DNA of 64,000 nt from Gaiellaceae bacterium. Lineage in GTDB: Bacteria; Actinomycetota; Thermoleophilia; Gaiellales; Gaiellaceae. The stretch covers positions 3,968-67,967 of the forward strand of contig DATAOK010000050.1 in NCBI GenBank assembly GCA_036265735.1. Reading direction: 5' to 3'. Shown here piece after piece: positions 41,109 to 49,329 of the stretch; within the stretch, counting starts at the first letter, position 1; every line of letters starts with the position of its first letter. The notes beneath the pieces are model-generated. The model ran no database searches and was not told where the DNA came from. It saw only the letters and a list, made by a program, of their open reading frames with translations. A program made the position numbers and the translations under genes.

Positions 41109-42540
41109 CGCGACAAACGTCCCGGCTCTCCGGGGCTCGACGATCTTCAGCCGCCTCGCGGACGAAGGGCTTGTCGTCACGATCGTCGCCGTCTTCGGGA
41201 CGATCGTGTTCGCGACGGCGCCGTACATGCTGCAGCCGGACAGCTGGCTGACGTACATCGGCGGCCAGCAGATCTGGGCGCACGGCATTCCGCATCGCGA
41301 CTCGCTTGCTCTCGCGAGCCACGGCCAGCCGTGGATCGACCAGCAGTGGCTCGCGCAGCTCGCGATCTACGGGCTCGCCGCCGCGTTCGGCAACGGCATC
41401 ACCGTTGCGATCAACGCGGTGCTCGTCGTTGCGGCCTTTGCGTGGGCGTGCCGCCTCGCACGCAAGTCCGCTTCGGCGCGCAGTGTCGTCCTCTTCGCGT
41501 TCCTCGCGGTTCCGTTCTCGTTCTCGTCGCTCCGCGCGCAGACGTTCTCGTACGTCATGTTCGTCCCGCTCTTCGCGTTCCTGTGCGCGGAGTCGAGGCG
41601 TCCTACGCGTCGCGTGTGGTTGACGCTGCCGCTGCTCGTCCTCTGGGCGAACATGCACGGCTCCGTCGTCATCGCCGCCGCACTCGTCGGCCTCCTCGGC
41701 GTCGTGCAGTTCTTCCAGGGCCTTCGCCGGCGCGGCGCGCTGCTCGCTGCAGGGGCGGCCGCGTCCGTGGTCGCGACGCCGTACGGGTTGTCGCTGCTCG
41801 GCTACTACCGCTCGACGATGGGCAACCCGCTCTTCAAGAAGTACATCTCCGAGTGGGCGCCGCCGACGTTCCCGAGCACCGCCAGCGTCCCGCTGCTGCT
41901 CATCGCGGGTGTCGGCCTCATCCTGATCGCGCGGCGGCCGCGTCACTTCACGATCTTCGAGCTGGCGGCGCTGCTGCTGCTGTTCCTCGGAGGCCTGGCG
42001 GCGGTTCGCTCGGCGGTGTGGTTCTCGTACGCCGCCTTGCTGCTGCTGCCCGGGCTCCTCGACCGCTCATGGCCGCCGCGGCGAGTGCTCGGACCGGCGC
42101 GGCTGCTCGTCGCCGCCACGGGAGCCGGCTCGCTCGTCCTCTGTCTCTGTGCAGTCGGCTACGGCTTCGCGACCGGCCCGAAGATCACCCGGACTTTGTA
42201 TCCGCCGGCCGCGCTCGAGGCCACTCGGGCCGCCCTGGCCGCCCACCCCCATGCCCGCCTGCTCGCGGACGACCGGACGGCCGACTGGCTGCTCTGGGAG
42301 CTGCCTCAGCTCAAAGGGCAGATCGCGTTCACCGGCCGCTGGGAGGTCCTGACCCGGCCGGAGTTCCAGGCGGCCAGGGACTTCATCAAGCAGGCGGAGC
42401 CCGACCCGGCCCGGTACGAGCGCGGGTATCAACTGTTCGCCGTCGACCCGTACTGGAACAAGAAGCTCGCGCGTGCCTACGCCGCGAGCGGCTTCCGCCT
42501 CGTGTATCGCGCGCGCCGAATCGCCGTCTACGAGCGCTAA
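41092..42540 (+). CDS. large polytopic membrane protein, unknown family (ArnT/GT-C-like guess only)
   Basis: Internal ATG 41092 of track ORF 41029..42540, overlapping the RTX-like gene by 17 nt. At least 10 hydrophobic segments, then a soluble C-terminal region of about 130 aa. Confidence 0.65.
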   Translation: MSSITSATNVPALRGSTIFSRLADEGLVVTIVAVFGTIVFATAPYMLQPDSWLTYIGGQQIWAHGIPHRDSLALASHGQPWIDQQWLAQLAIYGLAAAFGNGITVAINAVLVVAAFAWACRLARKSASARSVVLFAFLAVPFSFSSLRAQTFSYVMFVPLFAFLCAESRRPTRRVWLTLPLLVLWANMHGSVVIAAALVGLLGVVQFFQGLRRRGALLAAGAAASVVATPYGLSLLGYYRSTMGNPLFKKYISEWAPPTFPSTASVPLLLIAGVGLILIARRPRHFTIFELAALLLLFLGGLAAVRSAVWFSYAALLLLPGLLDRSWPPRRVLGPARLLVAATGAGSLVLCLCAVGYGFATGPKITRTLYPPAALEATRAALAAHPHARLLADDRTADWLLWELPQLKGQIAFTGRWEVLTRPEFQAARDFIKQAEPDPARYERGYQLFAVDPYWNKKLARAYAASGFRLVYRARRIAVYER

Positions 42541-42554
42541 CACGGGATGCCCAA

Positions 42555-42623
42555 GGCCGCGGACGCGGCCATCGCTTTAGGGTTCACTTGCGCAAAAAGC
42601 TAGGGCCGCCGAAGCGGCCCTAG
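42555..42623 (+). repeat. post-stop 'hairpin-TTTAGGGT-hairpin' module, copy C
   Basis: GGCCGC-GGAC-GCGGCC, ATCGC, TTTAGGGT, TCACTTGCGCAAAAAG, then CTAGGGCCGC-CGAA-GCGGCCCTAG. It starts 14 nt after the 42540 stop. Confidence 0.5.
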
Positions 42624-42838
42624 CAGTTCGCGAACTACACCTTGGAAAGCTTGGCCGCGGGGAAGTTCCGCAGCTTGAGCCGCAAAAGCGCCACAGACAT
42701 TGGTATCCGTCCTTTATCCGCAGGGACTGACCCTCCCAGCATCGGCTTCTCGCTGCCTTTCGGCATCCCTCAGAGGGGCGTTCTTCAGATTGAGTTACAA
42801 AGTTGGCACTTGGGGTCCCGCTCGGGCATCCTCCAGGT

Positions 42839-43090
42839 ATGCCGCTACTTCGTCTTCGTTGTTCCGATTGCGGCTACGGGGCGAGTACGAAACGGATGCC
42901 TGATCGTTGTCCGATGTGCGGCGGCGCAGCGTGGGAGGACGAGATCTTGCGGCGCATCCCGAGCGACGTCGCGCACGACCTCGCGCTTGCGGCACGTCGC
43001 GCGGCGCAGTCCGCAGGAGCGGACGCCGACGCGCCGCTGCTGCGCGAGGCGACCGAGCTCTCAGTGTTCCCGGGCGTCCCGCTCAGCTGA
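42839..43090 (+). CDS. small zinc-ribbon protein (CxxC...CxxC)
   Basis: MPLLRLRCSDCGYGASTKRMPDRCPMCGGAAWE... The first roughly 30 codons use AT-ending codons that are atypical for this window. Weak SD. Track ORF begins at TTG 42803. Confidence 0.4.
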   Translation: MPLLRLRCSDCGYGASTKRMPDRCPMCGGAAWEDEILRRIPSDVAHDLALAARRAAQSAGADADAPLLREATELSVFPGVPLS

Positions 43091-43103
43091 ATTTGCGCAA
43101 GTG

Positions 43104-43171
43104 GCGGAATCCGCTCGCGCGGATTCCGCAACGCGCGAAGACCCCTAACGTGCGGCCGCTGCCGCGGCCGC
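43104..43171 (-). repeat. post-stop 'hairpin-TTAGGGGT-hairpin' module, copy B (inverted relative to copies A and C)
   Basis: Read on the minus strand: GCGGCCGC-GGCA-GCGGCCGC, ACG, TTAGGGGT, CTTCGCGCGTT, then GCGGAATCCGC-GCGA-GCGGATTCCGC. It starts 21 nt after the MarR stop (43193). Confidence 0.5.
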
Positions 43172-43192
43172 AGCGAATCGGTCCCCGCCGGT

Positions 43193-43672
43193 CTAAAACA
43201 GCTCGTCCGACTCGAGCCGGACGAGAAGCTTCCGCATCGTCTGCAGGTCGGTGCGGAGCGGGTTGAGGAAGTACGTGCGAAGCGCAGCGATGTAGTCGAC
43301 CGCGGCGGCCTCGAACGCCTCGAAGCCGTCCCGGGTGAGGCTCGCAAAGACGCCGCGGCCGTCATTGTCGACGTCGTCTCGCTCGACGTAGCCCGCGTCT
43401 TCGAGCCGGTCGATCAGCCGCGTCACGCCGCTCCGCGTGAAGAGCAGGTGCTTTGCGAGCTCACGCATCCGCAGCCGGTTCTCCGGCGCATTCGTCAGCT
43501 CCCAGAGCACCTCGTACTCCGGGAGCGTGAGGCCCGACTGGACGCGGAGCTCGGCGTCGAGAGCCCGGTTGATCGCGAAGTTCATGACGACGAAGGCGCG
43601 CCAAATACCGCGTTCCTCGTCGGTCAGCAGCGGCTTGTGGACGAAGCGCTGCCTGCTTCTCGTCTTGGCCAC
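43193..43672 (-). CDS. MarR family transcriptional regulator
   Basis: ...LTLPEYEVLWELTNAPENRLRMRELAKHLLFTRSGVTRLIDRLEDAGYVERDDVDNDGR. Start set at GTG 43672 after GAGGA. The track ORF extends to 43735. Confidence 0.8.
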   Translation of the reverse strand: MAKTRSRQRFVHKPLLTDEERGIWRAFVVMNFAINRALDAELRVQSGLTLPEYEVLWELTNAPENRLRMRELAKHLLFTRSGVTRLIDRLEDAGYVERDDVDNDGRGVFASLTRDGFEAFEAAAVDYIAALRTYFLNPLRTDLQTMRKLLVRLESDELF

Positions 43673-43745
43673 TCGCACGTCCTCGGAAAAGGGAGGGGGC
43701 AGGGCAACCGTAGCCGTCCCGCCCCCCAGTAGCAACTGCGCGCCT

Positions 43746-44099
43746 TTAAGAGACCTTCAGCGATCCCTTCATTCCGGCCGCGGCATGCCCGGGCACCGTG
43801 CAGCTGTAGGCCTGCTTGCCGGCCTTCAGCGTGACCGTGAGCTTGGCGGACTTGCCCGGCTTCACCAGCGCGGTCTTCTTCCCGCCGATCTTGAAGTCGT
43901 GCGGCAGCTTGCCGGCGTTCTTGACCGTGAAGGTCACGGAGCCGTGCGGGACCGACGTCTTCGAGAGCTTGAAATGGAACTCGGTCGCCGTGACCGTGAC
44001 GGCGGCGCCCGCGGCATGCGACCGGGCGGCCACCGAGGGGCCGGCGACGACGCCGACGACGGCGACAAGCGAGGCGATGAGCAGCGAAACGCGAAGCAT
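43746..44099 (-). CDS. secreted cupredoxin (plastocyanin/azurin-like type-1 copper protein)
   Basis: Start at ATG 44099 (MLRVSLLIASLVAVVGVVAG signal peptide). Copper ligand pattern ...LPHDF... and ...YSCTVPGHAAAGM (His, Cys, His, Met). Confidence 0.8.
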   Translation of the reverse strand: MLRVSLLIASLVAVVGVVAGPSVAARSHAAGAAVTVTATEFHFKLSKTSVPHGSVTFTVKNAGKLPHDFKIGGKKTALVKPGKSAKLTVTLKAGKQAYSCTVPGHAAAGMKGSLKVS

Positions 44100-44211
44100 T
44101 GATTCAGTTCCCCTTTGCTGGAGGCTGGTTACTCGACCAAGGTAGCGCCCACTGCGTTGAGCCGAGTTAGTTGACTGTAAAACGGAGGCGACCCTATACC
44201 TTTCTCCCACC

Positions 44212-45219
44212 GTGGTCGAAGCGAGACGTCAGCCGCCGGCCGAAGAGAGCGACGCCGCCGCTGAGTCGGCACGCCGCCTGCTGGAGAACATCGGGCGGGT
44301 CGTCGTCGGCAAGCCGGAGGAGGTCGCCCTCGTCATCGCGGCGTTCATCTCGGGCGGCCACGTGTTGCTCGAGGACGTCCCGGGCACGGCGAAGACGATC
44401 CTCGCCCGGGCCCTCGCCCAGTCGATCGACGGGGCCGCCTTCGCGCGGATCCAGTGCACGCCCGACCTCCAGCCGACCGACGTCACCGGTCTCTCGATCT
44501 TCAACCAGAAGACGCGCGAGTTCGAGTTCCGTGCGGGGCCGGTGTTCGCGAACGTCGTGCTCGTCGACGAAGTCAATCGGGCCATGCCGCGCACCCAGTC
44601 CGCGCTGCTCGAGGCGATGGCCGAGAAGCAGGTCACGGTGGACGGCGCGTCGCGCCGTCTTCCCGAGCCGTTCCTCGTGATCGCGACGGAGAACCCGATC
44701 GAGCAGGAGGGGACATTCCCGTTGCCCGAGGCGCAGCTCGACCGATTCGCATTGCAGACCGCGCTCGGGTATCCGACCGAGGACGAGGAGGTCTCGATCG
44801 TCGTTGCGCAGCGGCACGGTCATCCGCTCGACGAGCTCACCGCCGTCGTGACCGCGGACGAAGTCCGCGCGCTCGAGCGCGCCGTCGAGAACATCTACGT
44901 CGACGAGCTCATCCTGCGCTGGATCGTCGAGCTCGTCCGCGCGACGCGCCGCGTCGAGGGCGTTGCGACCGGCGCATCGGTGCGCGGCAGCCTCACGCTC
45001 GAGCGGACGGCCCGTGCCTGGGCGCTGCTGCACGGGCGCGCGCACGTCGTGCCGGAGGACGTGGAGCTGCTGTTCCTGCCTGTGCTCGGCCACCGCCTCC
45101 TTTTGACCGCGTCCTTCCTCGCCGAGACCCGGACGCTCGGCCGCGAGGAAGCGCTCGGTCGAATCCGCGCGCGCTGCCTGGAGCTCGCTCCAGCTCCTGC
45201 GCCGGACTGGGACGGGTGA
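44212..45219 (+). CDS. MoxR-family AAA+ ATPase
   Basis: GHVLLEDVPGTAKTILARALA (Walker A), VVLVDEVNRAMPRTQSALLEAM (Walker B / sensor). 335 aa. Confidence 0.9.
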   Translation: MVEARRQPPAEESDAAAESARRLLENIGRVVVGKPEEVALVIAAFISGGHVLLEDVPGTAKTILARALAQSIDGAAFARIQCTPDLQPTDVTGLSIFNQKTREFEFRAGPVFANVVLVDEVNRAMPRTQSALLEAMAEKQVTVDGASRRLPEPFLVIATENPIEQEGTFPLPEAQLDRFALQTALGYPTEDEEVSIVVAQRHGHPLDELTAVVTADEVRALERAVENIYVDELILRWIVELVRATRRVEGVATGASVRGSLTLERTARAWALLHGRAHVVPEDVELLFLPVLGHRLLLTASFLAETRTLGREEALGRIRARCLELAPAPAPDWDG

Positions 45220-45223
45220 GCGC

Positions 45224-46129
45224 ATGTCCGCCCGCGAGCGGCGCACGTTCCCGCTCGTGCCGCGGCGGCGCCTGACGGGCCTGCCGTTCGGCGACCTGCC
45301 CAGCCGCCGGCGCGGCCACGGCACCGAGGTGATCGGCTCGCGGCCGTACGAGCCCGGCGATCCGGTCTCGACGATCGACTGGTTCGCATCGGCGCGCCTT
45401 TCGTCCGCGAGCGGCGGCGACGAGTTCATCGTCCGCGACCGCGCTGCAGACGAGGCGCCCCGCGTGACCATCCTGCTCGACCGGCGTCCCGCGATGGGGC
45501 TGTACCCACCCCCGTTCCCCTGGCTGTCGAAGCGTGAGGCGCTGCGCGAGGCGGCGATCTCGATCGCTGCGAGCGCCGCGGTCGCGCGGGCCGACATCGC
45601 GGCGCTCGACTACGGCACCGGTGAGCCGTGGTGGCTGCCCCCCGGCCGCCGCGACCGGCCGTGGATCGTGGCGGCACGCGCGGCCGAAGCACCCTTCGAG
45701 GCGCCGGAGGACAACGTGGTCCAGGCCCTGACGTACCTCGCCCAGCGCCGTACCGACGTTCCCGGCGGCACCTTTCTCTTTGTCATCTCCGACTTCCTCG
45801 AGCCCGTGCCCCCTGACGCGTGGCTCGACGCGGTCGGCCACGGCTGGGACGTCGTGCCGGTCGTCATCCAGGATCCGGTGTGGGAGCGAAGCTGGCCGGA
45901 GGTCGCCGGCGTCGGGCTGCCGGTCGCGGATGCGGGGCTCGTCAGGCTCGGCCGCCGGCAGGCGGCGCGCCTGCGCTCGGAGCATGAGGCCCGCTACGCC
46001 GGGCTACTCGCGGAGCTGCAGTCGGTCGGCCTACGGCCGGTCGAGCTCGACTCGAGCGAGCCGTACATCGTCGACGAGGCGTTCCTCGCCTGGGCGGAGG
46101 AACGGCGCCGGGGGAGGTGGGCACGATGA
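45224..46129 (+). CDS. DUF58 family protein (vWA-like; MxaS/BatA-upstream type)
   Basis: ...GHGTEVIGSRPYEPGDPVSTIDWFASAR...ILLDRRPAM... is the DUF58 pattern, in the canonical position after MoxR. Confidence 0.85.
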   Translation: MSARERRTFPLVPRRRLTGLPFGDLPSRRRGHGTEVIGSRPYEPGDPVSTIDWFASARLSSASGGDEFIVRDRAADEAPRVTILLDRRPAMGLYPPPFPWLSKREALREAAISIAASAAVARADIAALDYGTGEPWWLPPGRRDRPWIVAARAAEAPFEAPEDNVVQALTYLAQRRTDVPGGTFLFVISDFLEPVPPDAWLDAVGHGWDVVPVVIQDPVWERSWPEVAGVGLPVADAGLVRLGRRQAARLRSEHEARYAGLLAELQSVGLRPVELDSSEPYIVDEAFLAWAEERRRGRWAR

Positions 46130-46941
46130 AGCGCGTCTTCTTCGTCGCGCTGCTCGCGGCCGCGTTCGCGCCGGCCGCAACCGCCGCGCCGCTGAAGGCG
46201 CGAGCCGCGTTCGACGACGCCACGGTGCAGTTCGGTGACGTCGTCCACACGCGCGTCACCGTCGTCGTCGACGCGAGCGTGCGCGCGGCCTCGGTTCGCG
46301 TCGTGGACGATCCCGCGCCGCTGACAACCGTGTCCTTGCCGCGGACGTCCCGCGCCGGCAACGTGATCGAGGTCTCGCGCGATGCGATCTGCGTGACGTC
46401 AGCGTGCGTGTCGGACAGCGGCGTCACGACGCCGAGGCTCGCTCCGGCGCTCGTGCGCGCGACGCTGAAGAGTGGCCGCACGGTTCAGGTCGCCGTGCAG
46501 TGGCCGCAGCTGACCGTCCGCGGCCGCGTGACCGGCGGCGACCTCGGTCGCTCGCAGCCGCCGTTCCGGGCGTCGCTGCTGCCGCCCGCTCCGACATACC
46601 GGACCTCGCCGGGCGCGCTCGCGTGGCTGCTCGACGCGGCGGCGATCGCTCTCGGGCTCGCCGCTGCGGGGCTCGTTCTGCTGCAGGCCCGCAGGTGGAT
46701 GCGCACTCGCGGGCGCGCGGCGCCTGCGGACGAGCTCGAGCGCGCGCTGCGGCTTGCGCGCGAGGCGGAGCTGCGGCCGCCGCCTGATCGGCGCCGGGCC
46801 GCGGGGCTGCTCGCACGCCTGCTCGGGGAGCGAAACGCGGCGCTCGCGGGGAGCGCGAGCGACCTTGCGTGGCGAGAGCCGCAACCTGAGCCCGGCGCGC
46901 TCGAGTCGCTCGTCGGCGACGTCGAGCGAGGACGCGAATGA
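46126..46941 (+). CDS. hypothetical exported protein with a C-proximal TM segment (position of MxaA / BatD-like)
   Basis: ATGA overlap with DUF58. Signal peptide MKRVFFVALLAAAFAPAATA. TM segment LAWLLDAAAIALGLAAAGLVLL. No family recognised. Confidence 0.6.
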   Translation: MKRVFFVALLAAAFAPAATAAPLKARAAFDDATVQFGDVVHTRVTVVVDASVRAASVRVVDDPAPLTTVSLPRTSRAGNVIEVSRDAICVTSACVSDSGVTTPRLAPALVRATLKSGRTVQVAVQWPQLTVRGRVTGGDLGRSQPPFRASLLPPAPTYRTSPGALAWLLDAAAIALGLAAAGLVLLQARRWMRTRGRAAPADELERALRLAREAELRPPPDRRRAAGLLARLLGERNAALAGSASDLAWREPQPEPGALESLVGDVERGRE

Positions 46942-47753
46942 GCTCGATCCCGCTTGCCGACGCGCCGGCGCTGCGCGAGCCCGCGAAACGGACGTTCGCG
47001 GTTCGCCAGCTGCTCGCGCTCGTCTGCATCGCCGCGCTCATCTCGATCGCACTGCTCGCGCGGCATCCGCACACGCGCACCATCGTTCCGCTCCCGGCCG
47101 GCGGGCAGACCGTGCTCGTCCTCGACATGTCGGCGAGCATCTCGACCGACACGTTCTCGCGGATCGGCGGGACGCTCTCCGCGCTCTCTCACAGCGGCAC
47201 GCATTTCGGGCTCGTGCTCTTCTCCGACCAGGCCTACGAGGCGATGCCGCCGGGCACGCCGGCGTCCGATCTCGCGCCGTTCGTCCGCTACTTCACGCTG
47301 CCGCCGCAGAAGACGCCGGGCTTCGCGCCGGCGTTCCCGACGAATCCCTGGCAGGCGACCTTCACCGGCGGCACCAAGATCTCGGCCGGCCTCGACCTCG
47401 CGCACCGGATCGCCGTCGCAGGCAAGCATCCCGCCACCGTCGTGCTCGTCAGCGACCTCGACGACGATCCGGGCGACGTGCCGCGGCTCGCGTCGGTCCT
47501 GCTCGCATACCGCCGCGACCACGTCCCGGTGCGCATCGTCGGTCTCGATCCATCACCCGCCAACGTCGCGCTCTTCAAGAAGCTGCTCTCGCCTGCGCCG
47601 ATCGTCGCGCAGGCGCCGCTGCTCTCGGAGGCGCCGCCACACGACGTGACGCCCTTCCCGTGGTCGATCGTCGCGCTTGCGCTCGCCGCCGCCGCGGCGC
47701 TCGCGCTGCGGCTCGCGTGGGCGCCGCAACTCCAGTGGGGTGAGGCGAAGTGA
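46938..47753 (+). CDS. membrane-anchored vWA domain protein
   Basis: TM anchor then VLVLDMSASIS (MIDAS DxSxS)...VVLVSDLDDDPGD. C-terminal TM segment. Overlaps both neighbours by 4 nt. Confidence 0.75.
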   Translation: MSSIPLADAPALREPAKRTFAVRQLLALVCIAALISIALLARHPHTRTIVPLPAGGQTVLVLDMSASISTDTFSRIGGTLSALSHSGTHFGLVLFSDQAYEAMPPGTPASDLAPFVRYFTLPPQKTPGFAPAFPTNPWQATFTGGTKISAGLDLAHRIAVAGKHPATVVLVSDLDDDPGDVPRLASVLLAYRRDHVPVRIVGLDPSPANVALFKKLLSPAPIVAQAPLLSEAPPHDVTPFPWSIVALALAAAAALALRLAWAPQLQWGEAK

Positions 47754-48364
47754 GCATCGTGCGGCTCGCACTCGCAGCCGTGCTGGCGGCCGCGGCCGTC
47801 TGCGCGGTGTTGCTCGCAAACGACGTTCGCACCACGCGTGACGCTCTGCATAACGGCGACGTCGTCTACGCCGCAACGCCGTCGCGTGCGACGTGGACTG
47901 CTGATACGACCTTCGGCGGCGCCGCTGCGTCGCTCATCGGCACAAGGGATGACGCCGAGTTCCGCGAGGCACTGCAGCACTACGTCGACGCGTCGAAGCT
48001 GCAACTGCGGCTCGACAACGCCGTCGACGTCGAGGGTGCGCGCGGACGCGCACAGGACATCCTCGAGCAGGCGGCCCGCACCGGCGATCCGCAGCGTGCG
48101 TCACAGGCCTTGACGCTGCTCGGCATCCTCGCCTACCGGTCGGCCGCGTCGGGGACGACGCAGAGCCAGGTCGACGCTGCGATCGCGGACTTCACGGACG
48201 CGACGCGCGCGGACCCAGGCAATACCGACGCAGCGTTCGATCTCGAGCTCCTTCTACGGCTCACGACTGCGCACGGGTCGCGCGTGCAGACGGGGCAGGG
48301 CGGCGGCTTCGGGCGCGTGGGGCGCCGGGGTGCCGGCGGCGGCCAGCCCGGGAGTGGCTACTGA
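47750..48364 (+). CDS. membrane-anchored helical (TPR-like) protein with a Gly-rich tail (position of MxaK / BatC)
   Basis: GTGA overlap upstream. TM anchor, a helical repeat-like region, and a C-terminal GQGGGFGRVGRRGAGGGQPGSGY. Confidence 0.55.
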   Translation: MSIVRLALAAVLAAAAVCAVLLANDVRTTRDALHNGDVVYAATPSRATWTADTTFGGAAASLIGTRDDAEFREALQHYVDASKLQLRLDNAVDVEGARGRAQDILEQAARTGDPQRASQALTLLGILAYRSAASGTTQSQVDAAIADFTDATRADPGNTDAAFDLELLLRLTTAHGSRVQTGQGGGFGRVGRRGAGGGQPGSGY

Positions 48365-49329
48365 TGACGTTCTTGACGCCGTTCTGCCTCTTCTTCACGC
48401 TCGCATCGCTGCTGCCGCTCGTTGCCGCGCTTGTCTCGCGCACGCGGACAGATCTCGTCCGCAGGCGGCTGGGCCTGCCGGCACCGGAGCGGGCGACCGA
48501 GCTCCGGCCGCTGCTCGCTGCATCGGCGGTCGCGCTCGCCGGCCTTGCCGCCGCCCAGCCTGCGGTCACGCGGTCGTCGCATCCGCGAAGCCGCACGGAC
48601 GTACAGGCGGTGTTCGTGCTCGACACCTCGCGTTCGATGGCGGCCTCGACGTCGCCGACCTCGCCGACGCGTCTCGACCGCGCGGCCGCGGCGGCGATCG
48701 CGCTGCGCAACGAGATCCCCGACGTGCCGGCCGGGGTGCTCACCCTGACCGACCGCGTCTTGCCCGACCTCCTTCCGGTGTCCGATGTCGGCGGCTTCGA
48801 CGGCGTCGTCAGCCGCGCGGTCCGGATCGAGAGCCCGCCGCCGCAGGCGACGTCGGTCCGCGCGACGACCTTCTCGGCGCTCGGCCAGATCGCCTCCGGC
48901 GACGTCTTTCCGCCCTCGGCGACGAAGCGGATCGTCGTCCTGCTGACCGACGGCGAGAGCAGCCCCGTTGGAACCTCCGATGTCGCCCGCTCGCTCGCGG
49001 GCTACCGCTTCGAGGCGGTGCGGCTCTGGGCGTCGAACGAGTTGGTCTTCAAGGAGGACGGCACGCCCGAGGCGGCGTACCGGCCCGATCCGAGCGGCCG
49101 CGTCGTCCTCGCCGATCTCGCGTCGTCGCTCGGAGGGAAGAGCTTCGAGCAGGATCAACTCAAGGCGGCGACGCGTTACCTGCGCTCGCTCGCCGGCAGC
49201 GGCAGCACGGTCGCGGGTGCTGCCACGGAGGAGCATCGGTACCCGCTCGGCCCGTATGTCGGACTGCTCGCGCTCGCCGCCCTGCTCGCTTTCATCGGTC
49301 CGACAGCGGTACGATTGACCAAGCAATGA
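48364..49329 (+). CDS. BatA-like membrane vWA domain protein
   Basis: MTFLTPFCLFFTLASLLPLVAAL N-terminus typical of BatA. VFVLDTSRSMAAS (MIDAS)...VVLLTDGES. C-terminal TM segment. Confidence 0.8.
   Translation: MTFLTPFCLFFTLASLLPLVAALVSRTRTDLVRRRLGLPAPERATELRPLLAASAVALAGLAAAQPAVTRSSHPRSRTDVQAVFVLDTSRSMAASTSPTSPTRLDRAAAAAIALRNEIPDVPAGVLTLTDRVLPDLLPVSDVGGFDGVVSRAVRIESPPPQATSVRATTFSALGQIASGDVFPPSATKRIVVLLTDGESSPVGTSDVARSLAGYRFEAVRLWASNELVFKEDGTPEAAYRPDPSGRVVLADLASSLGGKSFEQDQLKAATRYLRSLAGSGSTVAGAATEEHRYPLGPYVGLLALAALLAFIGPTAVRLTKQ

Noticed and set aside
42803-42822. TGGCAC hexamer resembling a sigma-54 -24 element upstream of the zinc-ribbon ORF
   Set aside because: The required TTGC(A/T) -12 element is absent at the correct spacing (the sequence is TGGCACTTGGGGTCCC). 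No sigma-54 activator is nearby.
48330-49325. N-terminal 332 aa of the 1253-aa track ORF 48330..52091
   Set aside because: This part overlaps the BatA-like vWA gene (48364..49329) in another frame. The PQQ protein starts at ATG 49326 with a signal sequence and an ATGA coupling.
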